A stretch of 64,000 nucleotides of DNA from Octopus sinensis (taxonomy: Eukaryota), in assembly GCF_006345805.1 (NCBI RefSeq), contig NC_043013.1:29264001-29328000 (forward strand). Direction: 5' to 3'. The notes below the pieces were generated by a model, which ran no database searches, had not been told where the DNA came from, and saw nothing but the letters and a program-made list of their open reading frames with translations. Below, in pieces: positions 41,224 through 55,745 of the stretch (positions within the stretch are counted from its first letter, which is position 1; each line of letters begins with the position of its first letter). A program made the translations under genes and the position numbers.

Positions 41224-44200
41224 ATTCAGTAGTTTTATTTTTATAGCGTGCTTTCACTTCACTACCGAGCACAGCTCTGTGTGCCTTGGGTATGTGCTGT
41301 GATTTGTTGTGATGCTCTGATGGTTATTGTATGGAAAGTGTTCTGCGTAGGATGTGTGCAGTGCCTAGTAGTGCAATTTTCTGTATGTTATATGTGTTTG
41401 TAAGTCCTGGTGTTTTTGTTATGTATTTGTCTGAATATATTTTTTATCATTCCTAATGCACCTACTATGATAGGAATTGTTTCTGTTTTTAGATTCCACA
41501 TTCTGGTTACTCTATTCCAGGTCTTTGTATTTGAAAGTTTCTCCATTTCTTTTAGAGACACGTTGTCATCTGCCGGTATTGATACATCAATTAGAAAGCA
41601 TTTTTTTCTTCATGATCTCTGACAACTATATCTGGTCTGTTGGCCTTAATTTCTCTATCTGTGTGTATCGGCATATCCCAGAGTATGGTTGCTTTCTCGT
41701 TTTTGTGACCTTTTCTGGTGTGTGCCTATACCATCTTTTTTCTGTTGTTATTCCATAATGTTGGCATAGCTTCCAGTGTATGTAGGTTCCAACTCTGTCA
41801 TGTCTGTGAATATATTCCTTCTTAGCCAGGACTGGGCAGCCAGAGATAATATGATTTATTGTTTCTTGTCCATCTCCACATATTCTGCAGTTACTTGTTA
41901 TATTTCTTTTCATTACATTTTTTGGTAATTTCTGGTGGGGAGGCTTTGGTCTTGTGCTGCAATTAAGAATCCCTCTGTCTCTGCTTTGAGTCCTGAGCTT
42001 CTCAACCATTGCTGGGATTTTTTTTGTCTATCTCTTTTGCATTTAGTTTAGTCCAGTATTTACCATGAAGGGGCTTTTCTTGCCATCGTTTTATCATGGT
42101 TCTTTGCTGTTCTAGTTTTAGTTTGGATTTCATTTGTTTTATAGCTTTTGTTGTTTTTCTTCTTCTTCTTCTTTTCTTCTTCTTTTCTCTTCTTCTTCTC
42201 TTCTTCTTCTTCTTCTCTTCTTCTTCTTCTTCTTCTTCTTCGTCTTCTTCTTCTTCTTCTTCTTCTTTTCTTCTTCTTCTTCTTCATCTTCTTCATCTTC
42301 TTCTTCTTCTTCTTCATGTTTATTAGGTGGTATGATTTCTTGTTTGTATTTGTCAGCTTCCTTAAATACTGAGAATAGTTTTTTGTTTTGCTCGTGTTTT
42401 GCCTCTATTTGTATCAGTTTTCTTTCCTTCTGAAGTAGATATTTTTGCAGTCCTATGGTGGTTATTTTATAGTAGTTTTCCAGCTGTATAAGGCCTCTAC
42501 CACCTCCTATACGTTGTATATATAGTCTTTCTATGTCAGATTTTGGGTGATGTATCCTAGACCCTGTCATTATTTTTCTTGTTTTCCTATCTATTTTGGT
42601 CAGTTCATTTAGTGTCCAGTTAAGGATATTGTAGTTGTAACTTATAACTGGGACAGCTAAAGTGTTAATACCTATTATCTTGTTTTTAGTATTGATCTAA
42701 CTCGTCTATAATATTATTTTTTTATTTTCTCTTTCATTTGTGTGTGTTGTGTCTTATCTAGTTCATGGATTCCTAAGTATTTGTAAGTTTGGCTTTGGTC
42801 TAATTCTTTTATTTCATTGGTTTTATCTAGTGTGATGTTGCTACTCTTAACTAGTTTTCCTCTTTTCAGGGTTACTTTGGCGCATTTTTCTAATCCAAAT
42901 TTCATATCTTTCTTTGGTAAACCATGAACTGTCTTAATAGTGTTTCCAGCTGTTTGTCATTTGCAGCGTATAGTTTTAGGTCATCCATATATAAAAGGTG
43001 GCTGATCGTTTTGCCGTAACATTTATATCCGCATCCACTTCTATTTAGCATATCAGATAGAGGTGACAGTGCCAAGCAGAAAAGGAGTGGAGAGAGCGTG
43101 TCTCCTTGGAATATTCCTCTTCTAATGGGGATGTCTTTGGTTTTCATGAGTCCCTCTTTTGTTTGGAGGTGTAGCACTGTTTGCCATTTATTCATAGTGT
43201 GTCCTATGAATTTTATAATTGTTGGTGCTACTTTGTTAATGGCTAGTGTTTCGAGGATCCATGTGTGGGGGATGCTATCAAACGCCTTTTTGTAGTGGAT
43301 CCAGGCCATACTGAGGCCTTTCTTCTTTCTGTGGCTGTCTTCAGTTATGGCTTTATTAATCATTAGTTGATCTTTACAGCCATATGAGCCTTTGCGGAAT
43401 CCTTTCTGCTCTTCTGGAAACAGGTTGTTTTCGTCCAGGTGCTTGTTCAACCTTTCCGATATCACTGCAGTAAATGCCTTGTACATTGTAAGGAGACAGG
43501 TTATTGGTCTGTAGTTTTCTGGTTTTGCTGTCTCATTTGATTTGGGAATTAAGATGATTTTCCCCTTCGTGAGCCATTCAGGCATTGTCTCTGGCTCTGC
43601 TAGCATGTTGTTAAAGTTTTCAGCCAGCTTTTTGTGCATTCCTGTTAGATATTTCAACCAGAAGTTGGGGATCTTGTCATTCCCAGGTGCCTTCCAGTTG
43701 CTTAGTCTTTGCAGTGCCTGGGTGACCTCTTCAGTTGTTATGGGGGTCCAAAGTTGCTCAGATGCTGAGTTTGTTATTTTAATACTCCCTTTTTTTGATT
43801 GTTCGTTCGCCGACCATATTTCTCTCCAGAATTCTTCCAATTCTTCTGCCGTTGGTGCTGCAGTGATTTCTATTTTATTTTTGCCAAGTTCTTGGTAGAA
43901 CTTTTTGGGGTTGGAGTTGATCCTTTGTGCTTTGGCAAGGATATCTTGCTTTAGCTTTTCTTTTATCTCAGGTAAGTCTTTTTCTGTGATGTTGTATTTG
44001 CGAAGTATTTTTGTTTTCTTTTTGTTGCTCAGTAGCGTTGATTGTCTACTGATTTCATTAAGAATCGACAGATCTTTTCTCATTTTTTGTATTTTGTTTT
44101 GGATGTTATTTATTCACAGGGTTTGTTTGGGTGGTGGTACTTCTGTTTGGATGGGTTTGAGTGAGTATCCAGCTTCTTTTGTGGCTGCAGTGGCTGCTGC

Positions 44201-45397
44201 GTATACTAAGTCATTTAGCTCAGTGATATCGCTTTTTGTTTCAGTGGCTATTAGTTCCGCGACGGCTAGGTTTATGCTGTTTATAATTGGTGTTGTTTCG
44301 TCCATTTTGATTTTTGGGAGGTATGGTCGGTGGTCCATTTTGAGCTCTGTGGTTTTTAGTTCTTTGATTATTCTACTTTTTATATAATCATAATCATTAG
44401 GCTCCCCTTCGTTGTTTCCAGATTTTAGATTTGTGTCGCTTTCGTTCTCATTTGTATGTTTATTTGTCGTGTTTTGGCTTGCTGTTTGTCGTGTATTATT
44501 ATGCATCCTTACGGTCTGGGCTTGTTGTTTTTTGTTTACATCGTGTTTGTTGGGAATGTTACGTTTGTCTTCGTGTTTTACTGTTTCAGTGTTTATATTG
44601 TTGGGCGTTGTTGTGTGACTTCTATCTACATTTTCCTGATGTATTTTTTCTTTTAGATGTTCTATTTCTATTTCTCATATTTTTTTTTGCGTTGAGAATG
44701 TATCTTCGTACGTTAGCTAGTTTATTAGGGTTCATTGATGTATCCAAATCTATATTTATGTTATTTTCCTTCCATATTTTATATGTATGTGTTGTTGTGT
44801 TTTCATTTTTTGGGTAGAGCACTGCTGTGAAGTAAGCGTGTAGGATAGAAATGTATTCCTCACGTGTCCATTTATGTCTTTTGGGTTTTATTTGCGGGAC
44901 ATGAGGAACAACGTCCGGCCCATTATTTTGACGGTCGTCATTTTCGTAGGGTACCGGTCCGTTCAATTCTGTTGTCACATTGTTTTGCACGTGTAGTTTT
45001 TCGTACATTTTGTGTTGTAAGTTTAAAGTACGTTCTTCCCGATTTTTATTCTTGGGTTGAATAATATCGGCGTTATTTAATTTCTTCGTAGGTTTTTGTA
45101 CATGGTGTTTGGGGTCGGGGATGATCTGGTGTTGATGGATCGTAATGTACCACGCATGTTTACATGTGTTGTGTTAGAGGTGGAGATGATATCGAGTTAA
45201 AATACATAATTTCGTTTCGAAAATAGTAATAAATTTCAATGAGTATTACTTACTCGGATATAGTCCAATCCTTTGTAAGTAAATCTTTGGCTCCATACGA
45301 TGTCTTTGTTTTCGATGTTTGTGGATAGATTTCGGAGCTCTGTTTTATCGTTATCACATCTTAAACGTCCCCAGTGTTCTCTCTTAAACGTCCCCGG

Positions 45398-45401
<4 letters not shown>
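41224..45401 (-). mobile_element. Near-full-length RLE-type non-LTR retrotransposon (R4/Dong-like), frameshifted
   Basis: Collinear domains: N-terminal RHKWTREEY (ORF 44622-45008); RT with KAPGND, YRPITCL, EQKGF, KKAFDS, GIFQGDTLSP, LYMDDLKL (42902-44083); WQEKPLHG; CCHC knuckle CRIC...HIISGC plus RHD (41626-42009); RPD...IDVS...KYKDL endonuclease; stop at 41324-41326; AATAAA; (AAT)n on both flanks. Confidence 0.92.
42902..44083 (-). pseudogene. Reverse transcriptase domain of the R4/Dong-like LINE
   Basis: 393-aa ORF with the core RT motifs including YMDD, bounded by frameshifts. Confidence 0.9.
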
Positions 45402-45484
<83 letters not shown>

Positions 45485-45708
45485 TATTATTATTATTATT
45501 ATTATTATTGTTATTATTATTATTACTGTTATTATTATTGTTATTATTATTGTTATTATTATTATTACTGTTATTATTATTGTTATTATTATTATTGTTA
45601 TTATTATTATTATCATTATTATTATTATTGTTATTATTATTATTACTGTTATTATTATTGTTATTATTATTGTTATTATTATTATTACTGTTATTATTAT
45701 TGTTATTA

Positions 45709-45748
<40 letters not shown>

Positions 45749-45803
45749 GTTATTATTGTTGTTGTTGTTGTTGTTATTGTTAATATTATTATCATCATCG
45801 CCA

Positions 45804-45858
<55 letters not shown>

Positions 45859-45860
<2 letters not shown>

Positions 45861-46587
45861 TATGTTTGACTTTTGCTTTATATTTGTACAAGTTGGCTCC
45901 AAGTCTCACCCAGAGACCTCAAGAGACGACAGGTTGGAAGTTCGTGTTGTTGTTATGCCTAGTGTGCCATATATTTGGTTTTGTATTTAGTGTTGTACTA
46001 GGGAATGTCTAAAAAATAACATACGATAATTATGTTTGTTCTAAAACTTGAGATTACATAGAAAGTATTTTGCGTAGGATATGAGCAGTTCCCATGAGCA
46101 CTATCTTTTGAATTTCTGCAATTTTGGGGTTTCCTGGTATCTGAGTAAGGTAGCTATCAGCCCCTTTTGCTATCATTCCCAGGGCACCTATGACAACAGG
46201 TATTGTTTTAGTCTTCAGGTTCCACATTTTGCTGATTTCTATTTCAAGATCTTTATATTTGCTCAGTTTTTGGTAGGTCTTGACAGATACGTTTATACCG
46301 ATTGGGACAGTCATATCAATGAGGAGGTATGTTCTTTGTCTGAAGTCTTTCAATATGATGTCTGGCCTATTTGCATCTATCTTTCTGTCAGTTTGAATGG
46401 GGAAGTTCCAGAGGAGTGAGATGTGGTCATTTTTAAGCACTGGAGGTGGTTTGTGTTCCCACCAGTTATTTTCAGGTTTTTTGCAGATTACCCAGTGAAT
46501 ATATTGTGTAGCTCTATCATGCCTGTTGAGATACTCTGTAAGCGCTAGAAGACTGCACTTGGAGACAACATGATCAATGGTTTCAAT
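45859..46587 (-). mobile_element. 5'-truncated R4/Dong-like LINE, second family
   Basis: RHD motif plus ORF 46054-46440 (NRPDIILKD...IDMTVP...KYKDLE...PVVIGALG...ILRKILSM). Flanked by (AAT)n. Confidence 0.9.
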
Positions 46588-46605
46588 TTATTATTATTAT
46601 TATCA

Positions 46606-46703
<98 letters not shown>

Positions 46704-46723
46704 GTTGTTGTTATTATTATTAA

Positions 46724-46797
<74 letters not shown>

Positions 46798-46799
<2 letters not shown>

Positions 46800-48765
46800 C
46801 ACTCAGCAGATTATACTGTTAGAAAAGAATCCTAACATCAGGCTACAACAAGTTGCCTTAGATGCCAAGAACCCTCCTAAATATCCTAGCTCTCCCTAAC
46901 ACTGTTTTTTGAAGCTCTACTAATTGGTTTTATGGCAGTTTAGCTCTACTAAACTGGTTTTATGACAATCTGTTCAGATCTTTAAGGATAGTTCCCAATG
47001 CACCTATAACTACTGGGATACATTTTTCCCGCACTTTCCATAGTCTCTATAATTCAATAGCTTGGTCCTGGAACTTTGATATTTTTCTATACTTCACATA
47101 TTAGTTTTTTCATTATTTGGGACTGTAAAGTCAGTTATCTGGTACTTTCTATTGCTTTTCTCTACTAATAGTGAATCAGGCTTTCTAGCTTTTATTACTG
47201 TCAGTCTGAATGTTAAAGTCTTGTACTTCTTATTTTTTCTAGTGCTTTACTAGGTTCATGTTCATACCATTTATCAGTATGTTCAAATCCTAGCTTTCTA
47301 CAAAGCTCTCAGTGGATTACTCTCCCTAGATTGTCATGTCTTTCCTTGTATTCTTTCTCTGCCAGCATGCTACATTCATTTACTATATGAGTATAGCTTT
47401 TCACTTTTGATTTGCATAACATACATTGGGAATCTACTTGGTTTTTGTTTACTTAGGCTTTTATCCAATTAGTCCATAATGCTTGATCTTGTGCTGCTAC
47501 TAACAAACTTTCTGTCTCCCTTTCAGCTTTCCCTTCTGCAACAATAACCATATCTCATTACTACTATTTACTGCAACTATCTTTGGGAATCTACCATGCA
47601 ACGCCTTCTTCTGCCAGTCAGATAATTTCTGTTCTTTTTTCTGGGTCTTAAGTTCGTTTGGTGTTTTGGTTTCACTATATCTTTCTGTGACTCTAGTAGC
47701 TTTTAATATACTTTCTTCACTATTACCTACGTAGGAGTTTATATCTACTCTAACAAACGCCACGCTGTCCTCATCTGATATCGACCCTCTCCCACCCTCC
47801 TTTCTTGGTAGGTATAATCTTGCTCCTCCTGCCCTTGAGTGGAGTCCTCAGTTCATATTGAATTTCCTCCGAGTGTTTCTGTCTAGCTTTGCTAATTCAG
47901 CTTTTATCCAATCTACAAAAGCTGCTGAATGTCTAAGTAATGATACTGCTCAAGTATTTACGGCCTTCACTAGATTCGGACCATTTAGCTTTGACTTCAT
48001 TAGCTTCCTCACCCTTCTGTTGTACACCTTCTCAATTATCGTTTTCATTTCTGTAGTTAGTACTCTGCCAGGTTCTAATACTCCTAGATACTTATAACTC
48101 TCTCCTCCTTTCAATGATTTTAATGTCTAGCCATCTGGTAATTGGACGCTTTCGCTGCTGACTACCTGTCCCCTTCACATGACTAATGTTGCACACTTAT
48201 CTATGCCAAATTCCATGCCTATATATTTGCTGAAGATTTTTACAGTATGTAGTAAGGAATCGTTTTCATTCTTACTAAAAAGCTTCAGATCATTCATATA
48301 GAGCAAATGGTTAATTTTTCCATTACTAATTCTAAACTGATACCGTGCCATTTCATCAGAATCAGTGTTAGTGGTGTCATGCACAGTACAAAGATCAGTG
48401 GGTTACGACAGTGCCCTTGAAGATGCCTCTCCTGATTTCTATTATCCTTGAACTTAATACTAAACTGAGGGGGATCAGACATAAAACATAAATATTAAAG
48501 GGGACATTCCGCTTTTGATATTAACTTTCCCTAAGAGTGTGTCACCTGAGTAGAGATCTATTTACCATTTCTTCAGCTAATTCCATTTCTAAAGCTAATT
48601 GATTCTCTTATGTTGTCTGCTATACTGAATATACTCAAACATTCGCTTACTATGGATGTGGGATCCTGTCATAGGCTTTCCTATAGTTTATTCATGATAT
48701 CATTAGATTTTTCTTTCTAGCTTTTACTGCTGTGTCTATGCTCTGATTGATGATAAATTTAGTGA
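46798..48765 (-). mobile_element. Decayed 5'-truncated R4/Dong-like LINE, third family
   Basis: YRKAYDRIPH, INHLLYMNDLKLF...GMEFGIDKCA, WQKKALHGRF, RHDN and terminal RRVLGI* on the minus strand. The 3' end joins (AAT)n. Confidence 0.85.
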
Positions 48766-48769
48766 TGGT

Positions 48770-51107
48770 GTCACAATAAAAAGCACTGGTAATTGCACAA
48801 CCTGATAATTGCTTCCTCATATGAGTTACAATGAAAAAGCAAAATATTGTGAATAACGGTGGTAATGAAACTGAAGCCCTTGATGGTAACAGTGTTACTG
48901 GTTCGACTCCAGGCTGTCGTTATCCAGCAAGGAACCAGCACACACAGCGTAGATGGAACAAACAAATCGATGCTTTGGTCACGGAATGCTAATATCTGAG
49001 CAACCCCGTAGTCGAAAATGGTGTTCATCTTAGGAGATACCAACAACGTATACATCATCAATGGAGAGAAAGAGAATTGTTTCAACTCAGGGAACAGAGA
49101 TTATGTGATCAAGCTAGAGCAATAAGAAAAAATCGTTGGTTCACAGAAGTAGAGCTCGAAGCTATCAAAAGTCGGGTATTGGAAAAACAGCAGCAGAGAA
49201 AATGAATAGTCACAGAGTCAATGTACGGACATCGGGAAAAAAATGGAGTCCTGCCACATAAGCAGAACTGTTGCAAGCTTAAGTGCAGAGGTACCAAGGA
49301 TTACCTCTTGGTAGACAAAACTGTACTTAGAGACTGCAAGAAGACGTAAACTAACTTAGCTATGTCATGGCTCCATTATCGTAAGGCGTACGGTATGATC
49401 CCACATTCTTGAAATAAGGGATATATAGACCTATTTGGTATAGCATCGAATGTTGAGCCATTACTTGGAAAAAGTATGGTGTAGTGGAGGACGGAACTGA
49501 AAGCGTATGGGAAAAGTTTAGGGACAATAGAAATCAGAAGAGGCATCTTCAAGGGCACTGCTTGAACCCACTGATCTTTGTACTGTGCATGATACCACTA
49601 ACACTGGTTCTGATGGAAGCAAAGCTGGGTATGTATTCAAAAGCCGCAAACAAAAAGTCAACCATTTGTTAGTCATGGATAACCTCAAACTTTATGGTAA
49701 AGATGAAGCCCAAGTCAGTTCCCTCATTGATACGGTGTATACCTTGAGTGCTGATATCAGAATGGAGTTCAGACTGAGAAAGTGTGGTGTGTTAGTCTTG
49801 CAGAGAGGCAAAATCAAATGTATGGACGAGCTAACGATACCTTCTGGGGAGGTTATGAAGCAGATAGAAGAGACGGGCTATAAATACTTGGGGATATTGG
49901 AAATAGATAAATTGATGGAGAACGAAATGACAGAATAATTGAAGGTGGAGTCCTGGCGCAGACTGAGATTGATCCTTCAGTCGAAATTAAACGGACGGAA
50001 TAAGATTGAAGCTATCAACACCTGGGAGTTTTCACTCCTTAGATATGTAGCAGGGGTAATCGCATGAATAGTAGACGAACTAAACAGCTTAGACAGACAG
50101 ACAAGGAAGTTTCTGACTAGATATGGGACACTCTACCCAAAAGGTGACACAGAGAGATTGTATGTACCAAGAAAAAGAGCGGGAAGAGGACTTATTTGAT
50201 GCGAACACAGCATTACAGCATTAGAAAAGAAGAAAACAACCTAGCATGGTATATAAAAATGCCACAGAACCGCTATTATTAGAAGTAGGAAGGTCAGGCT
50301 TGTGTAGGATGAAAGATTGCAAAGATAAAGCACTATACAAGAAATTGAAAACGAATGAAACTGAAAACAGGTGGGTAAAGAAAAGAATGCATGGTCAGTT
50401 TCATAGGGATGTTGAAGGTAAGACAACCAGAGAAAAAAGATGTGAATGATTAAAATGGAGGCTGTAATCTGAGCTGCCCAGGAGCAAGCTCTAAGAACAA
50501 ACTACATAAAATACAGAATAGACAACACAGCAGAAAGTGGCAAGTGCAGAATCTGTGGACAAAATGGTGAATCCGTATTACCAGCCAATGTGCACCACTA
50601 ACCCAGAAGGAATATAAGAGACGGTACGACAATATAGACAAGCCACAAACCTGAAGGCATCGTCGAAAATAGAAATGTAAAAACCCTGTGGGATTTTATG
50701 ATTCAGTGCGTCTATGAAATAGAGAATAGGAAGCCGGACATAGTCTTAATTGAGAAAGAAAACAAACTATGCTGGATCATAGATATAGCATGCCCAGCTG
50801 ACAATGAGGTATGCGATAAGGAAGAAAGAAAAGTTGAGAGATATGACAGGTAAGCTTGGGAAGTTAAGCAGTTGTGGTTGATGAAAAAAGGTAGCAGTAG
50901 TACCAATAATTGTCGGAGCCCTGGGAACAGTGAGCAAAAATCTCGAGAAGTACGTGGAACAAATAGGGGCTGCAATAAGGGTGGAGCACTTGGAACCGCT
51001 CGAATACTCCGGAAGGTGCTCGAAAAATAAGAGGTGTTACCTTAGTTCACTGGTAGTGAACAGCTGACACTGCAGTACATCTCCAGCGTTAGAAGCTGTG
51101 CAAAGGC
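48770..51107 (+). mobile_element. Internally deleted R4/Dong-like LINE, fourth family
   Basis: N-terminal EQRLCDQARAIRKNRWFTEVELE (~49090-49165) is joined almost directly to RT (RGTKD...YRKAY...NHLLVMDNLKLY), then WVKKRMHG, CRIC, KPDIV...IDIACP and RILRKVLEK* (stop ~51030), then (AAT/GAT)n. Confidence 0.85.
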
Positions 51108-51120
51108 AATGATAATAATA

Positions 51121-51412
<292 letters not shown>

Positions 51413-52131
51413 CGGACTCTCTACAACAGACACGTAAAGAAACACGAAAGATTTTACATTTGTTGTCAGCACAATATGTGCAAAATAAAATGGCAAGATG
51501 AGATATCAAATGTCAAAATTTTGCAAAAATGTGATACCTCCTGTATCAAAAGAATGCTGCTGAAAATTTAGTGCAGATGCGAAGGACATGTTCGAATGAA
51601 AGGTGACCGCATTCCGAAAATTCTTTTGAGAACTACCGCGATAAAAGAAGACCCATCCTTAGGTAAAAGGTTAAGTTGAAGCAATCACTATAGTCTCTAC
51701 AGCTTAATTTGACACCTTAGGAAAGTCTTTGCCCAGACTGATCTGCATGGATTAAAAAGTGTCATGATGCATCAAAACAATTTGAGTCGATGAAACGGAA
51801 GAATGGAAGAACTATATCCTGCAATGAAAAGACGAATTTGTCCAGTCACAGGGAAAATCAAAAATCATCAGTCTTCCCATTGTGACTTCATAGCAAACCC
51901 AGGCCTGGACTCAAATTACTTTCACAAATCCATAGCAAATACATACAGCTTCTTTTATTTTTAAAGTTGTTTTTTTTTTGTTGTTTTTCTTCTCTCTGTC
52001 TCTGTCTGTCTGTCTGTCAGTGTGTCTGTATGTCTCTCTCTCGCTCCCTTTTAAAATCATCTCCTTCAATCACTCATACGTCGAAGTCAACGGGAGTGAC
52101 CGTCATCATCACCACCACCACCACCACCACC

Positions 52132-52165
<34 letters not shown>

Positions 52166-52175
52166 TCACATCATC

Positions 52176-52207
<32 letters not shown>

Positions 52208-52314
52208 CACCATCATCATCATCATTGTTTTTGCTGTTGTTGGTATTATTATCATTATTGTTATTGTTGCTGTTGTTGTTAATGCTGCTACTGTTATTGT
52301 TGTTGTTAGAATTA

Positions 52315-52535
52315 GGACAGCGGGCTAGCAGGATCGTTAAAACACCGGATGAATTACTTAATGGTATCCCTGTCAGTTTTACGCTTTACGCTTTGAGTAG
52401 AAATTCTGCCGAGGTAGACTTAACCTTTCAATCTCTCAGGGTCCACGAAATAAGTACCAGTTTTGCACTAGATTTGATGTAATCAACTTAACCCCTTCTC
52501 CAAAATAGCTGGCCTTGTGCCAAAATTTTAACCCA
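52315..52535 (+). mobile_element. SINE family B, tail-to-tail with the LINE fragment at 52611
   Basis: AATTCTGCCGAGGTAGACTT...AAATAAGTACCAG...GGCCTTGTGCCAAAATTT followed by (ATT)n. Confidence 0.8.
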
Positions 52536-52568
52536 TTATCATCATCATTATTATTATTATTATTATTA

Positions 52569-52610
<42 letters not shown>

Positions 52611-52611
<1 letters not shown>

Positions 52612-52990
52612 GATATCGCACAGTATAAAATATCGTAAGGTTGTTGATTGAAGATATTGTGTCTACTGGGGGTTTCTACTGTTTGTCAAGGACCTCAGAC
52701 AGACAGTACTTTACGCAATATGTGTGCAGTTCTAAATAATGCCGACTTTTGTAATACATCTAAATTGTAGGGTATTTCTAAGGTTTTCAGATACTTTTTT
52801 AGATTCGGTGGTATTGAACCCAATGCTCCAATGACAATAGGGATAGCCTTTATGTTCGACTCTCGTAACTGCCACATCTTAGCGATCTCAATTCTCAGGT
52901 CTCCATATTTATCAACTTTTTCTCTTTCTTTCATAATATGTTGATCTCCTGGCACTGCCACGTCAATTATTAGGCACTCTTGTTTCCTCC
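52611..52990 (-). mobile_element. R4/Dong-like LINE 3' fragment, fifth family
   Basis: CLIIDVAVPGD...KVDKYGDL...PIVIGALG...AHILRKVLSV* (ORF 52695-53045). Confidence 0.85.
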
Positions 52991-53008
52991 TCCTCCTCAT
53001 TATTATTA

Positions 53009-53534
53009 TTGAGTGTGAGAGCAGTGCATGCCATGAAAGTAACACTTGGGTAAAAATATACGAAGCCCATTATACCCTTCACAACTACCCGTCTGATAAG
53101 GGTACATCAGGCACATACATCATAACCATATGTGCGCGACATGGTGATCTCATATCAAGATTAACAGCACATGACCTTGCAGATGAGGCCCAGTTAGAAT
53201 TTTCTTCAGGTTGAGTAGCCCGTCCCATTCAAAAGGTCCTTGAGTGAAGTTTGTTTAAGGATGATGAACGAAACACCCATGTTTCCAAAGGTGAGTTATC
53301 CAAACCCCAAAGAATTCCTCTCAACACATGGCTATGATGCACCGCCACTACTTCTGTTCGTGATCAGAGATGCACATATCGTCAGCCACCAAGGGACATG
53401 CTCAAGTAGTTAAGGTCAAGCAATTGACAAGTAAATCTGTGGCATAGAGAAGAATATTTGCTGTAGCCCATCTTTTATACCAAGACAAAGCATGTACATG
53501 ATAGCATTTTCAATCCAGTGCCTGCTGCTGCATC
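53009..53534 (-). mobile_element. ~530 bp non-coding repeat embedded in (AAT)n (copy 2)
   Basis: Aligns end to end with 40604-41135. Confidence 0.7.
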
Positions 53535-53560
53535 CAGTCATTTATCATCATCATCATCAA

Positions 53561-53598
<38 letters not shown>

Positions 53599-53741
53599 TA
53601 TTATTATTATTACTTTTTTTTTTCTTCTTTCAAATTTGCTTCCATTTCTTGCCGAGTGTCTTCCCGACTCCTAGGGCAAAGAAACTCATAGTATACATTG
53701 GTAGGCCATTAAACCAAACTCAATAGTTCGTTCATTTCGTT

Positions 53742-53827
<86 letters not shown>

Positions 53828-53830
53828 GTT

Positions 53831-54099
53831 ATTCAGTAGTTTTATTTTTATAGCGTGCTTTCACTTCACTACCGAGCGCAGCTCTGTGTGCCTTAGGTAT
53901 GTGCTGTGATTTGTTGTGATGCTCTGATGGTTATTGTATGGAAAGTGTTCTGCGTAGGATGTGTGCAGTGCCTAGTAGTGCAATTTTCTGTATGTTATAT
54001 GTGTTATGTGTTTGTTTCAAAATTTGAGATTACATAGAAAGTATTTTACGTAGGATATTGGCAGTTCCCATAAGTACTCTTTTGACACGTTGTCATCTG

Positions 54100-54101
<2 letters not shown>
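53831..54101 (-). mobile_element. 3' end of the first R4/Dong-like family, chimeric
   Basis: 53831-54002 is nearly identical to 41224-41395. It continues with a patch from the second family and then GACACGTTGTCATCTG (cf. ~41557). Confidence 0.85.
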
Positions 54102-54141
<40 letters not shown>

Positions 54142-54167
54142 TATTATTATTATATTATTATTATTAT

Positions 54168-54772
<605 letters not shown>

Positions 54773-55745
54773 AATCTGGTATTATAAGTTCTGGTTTATT
54801 CTCCCCTCAAAAATCTTTTTATTCAAGCATTACCAAATAAAACATTTCTTTGCAGTGCATGTCGAAAGAACTATAATTGCTAATGGAGAAACTTCTCTAT
54901 ATACCAGGGGAATCAGGCCACAGAAAAGAAAATAGGTTCGTTTCGCGAACTTTAAAAATTTATTTGCACACGTTATATTTTCATATCCAAAATGGCTTCC
55001 CCACAGAATTATGCCAGACGACAAAACATAATCGCTGGATAAATAATACAAAATGAAACCGCACAATAAAATATACAGGAGAAAGAAGAAACTATGCTGT
55101 ATAATAAGCAGTTATGAGGGGAAGATTTCTCAAGTATTCAAATAAGTAATTTTGAAAACAGCAGTAATAACATCAAGAATATCATGATAATCATCAACAG
55201 CAACTTCCATTGTCAGACGTGATAACCTAGGAGAGTGCGGAGAGAAAAGTAATATATCTTTGCTTTCGAAAAGAGCGAAGCAGATTAACTTTTGTTTCAC
55301 GTCAGGTAGTACGTAAGCCCTTCAAAGCATTTCGGGGGAAATAATCTGAAATGAAAATGGAAAAAGCTATGGCACTATTTGTTGTACCTTCAAAACCGAC
55401 AACAGCGAAAGAATTGTCTGAAATAGTCAGAACTTTGACTATACAACTATGACCCAGGATGTAGGTCAAAGGAGCAGGATTGAAGGTAAGAGAGACTGTA
55501 CACGAAGTTGACCTCTATCAGCAATGGGTTTTATGTCGCAGTATGGGAGTGTTGATCGAATTAGACTTTACTTGACATGTGATCAGGGCACGTGAAAATG
55601 AACTAACGAGTCCAAGTGACCCTCGCAGGTAACAGAGCTATATCGGAACAGTGTCCAGCAGAAGGTGCCATGACAAAGAGCAAAATATTGGTGATTCAGG
55701 TCAGAAAAAACCAGCTATACATGCCGAAAAAATGCAGAACTTTCT

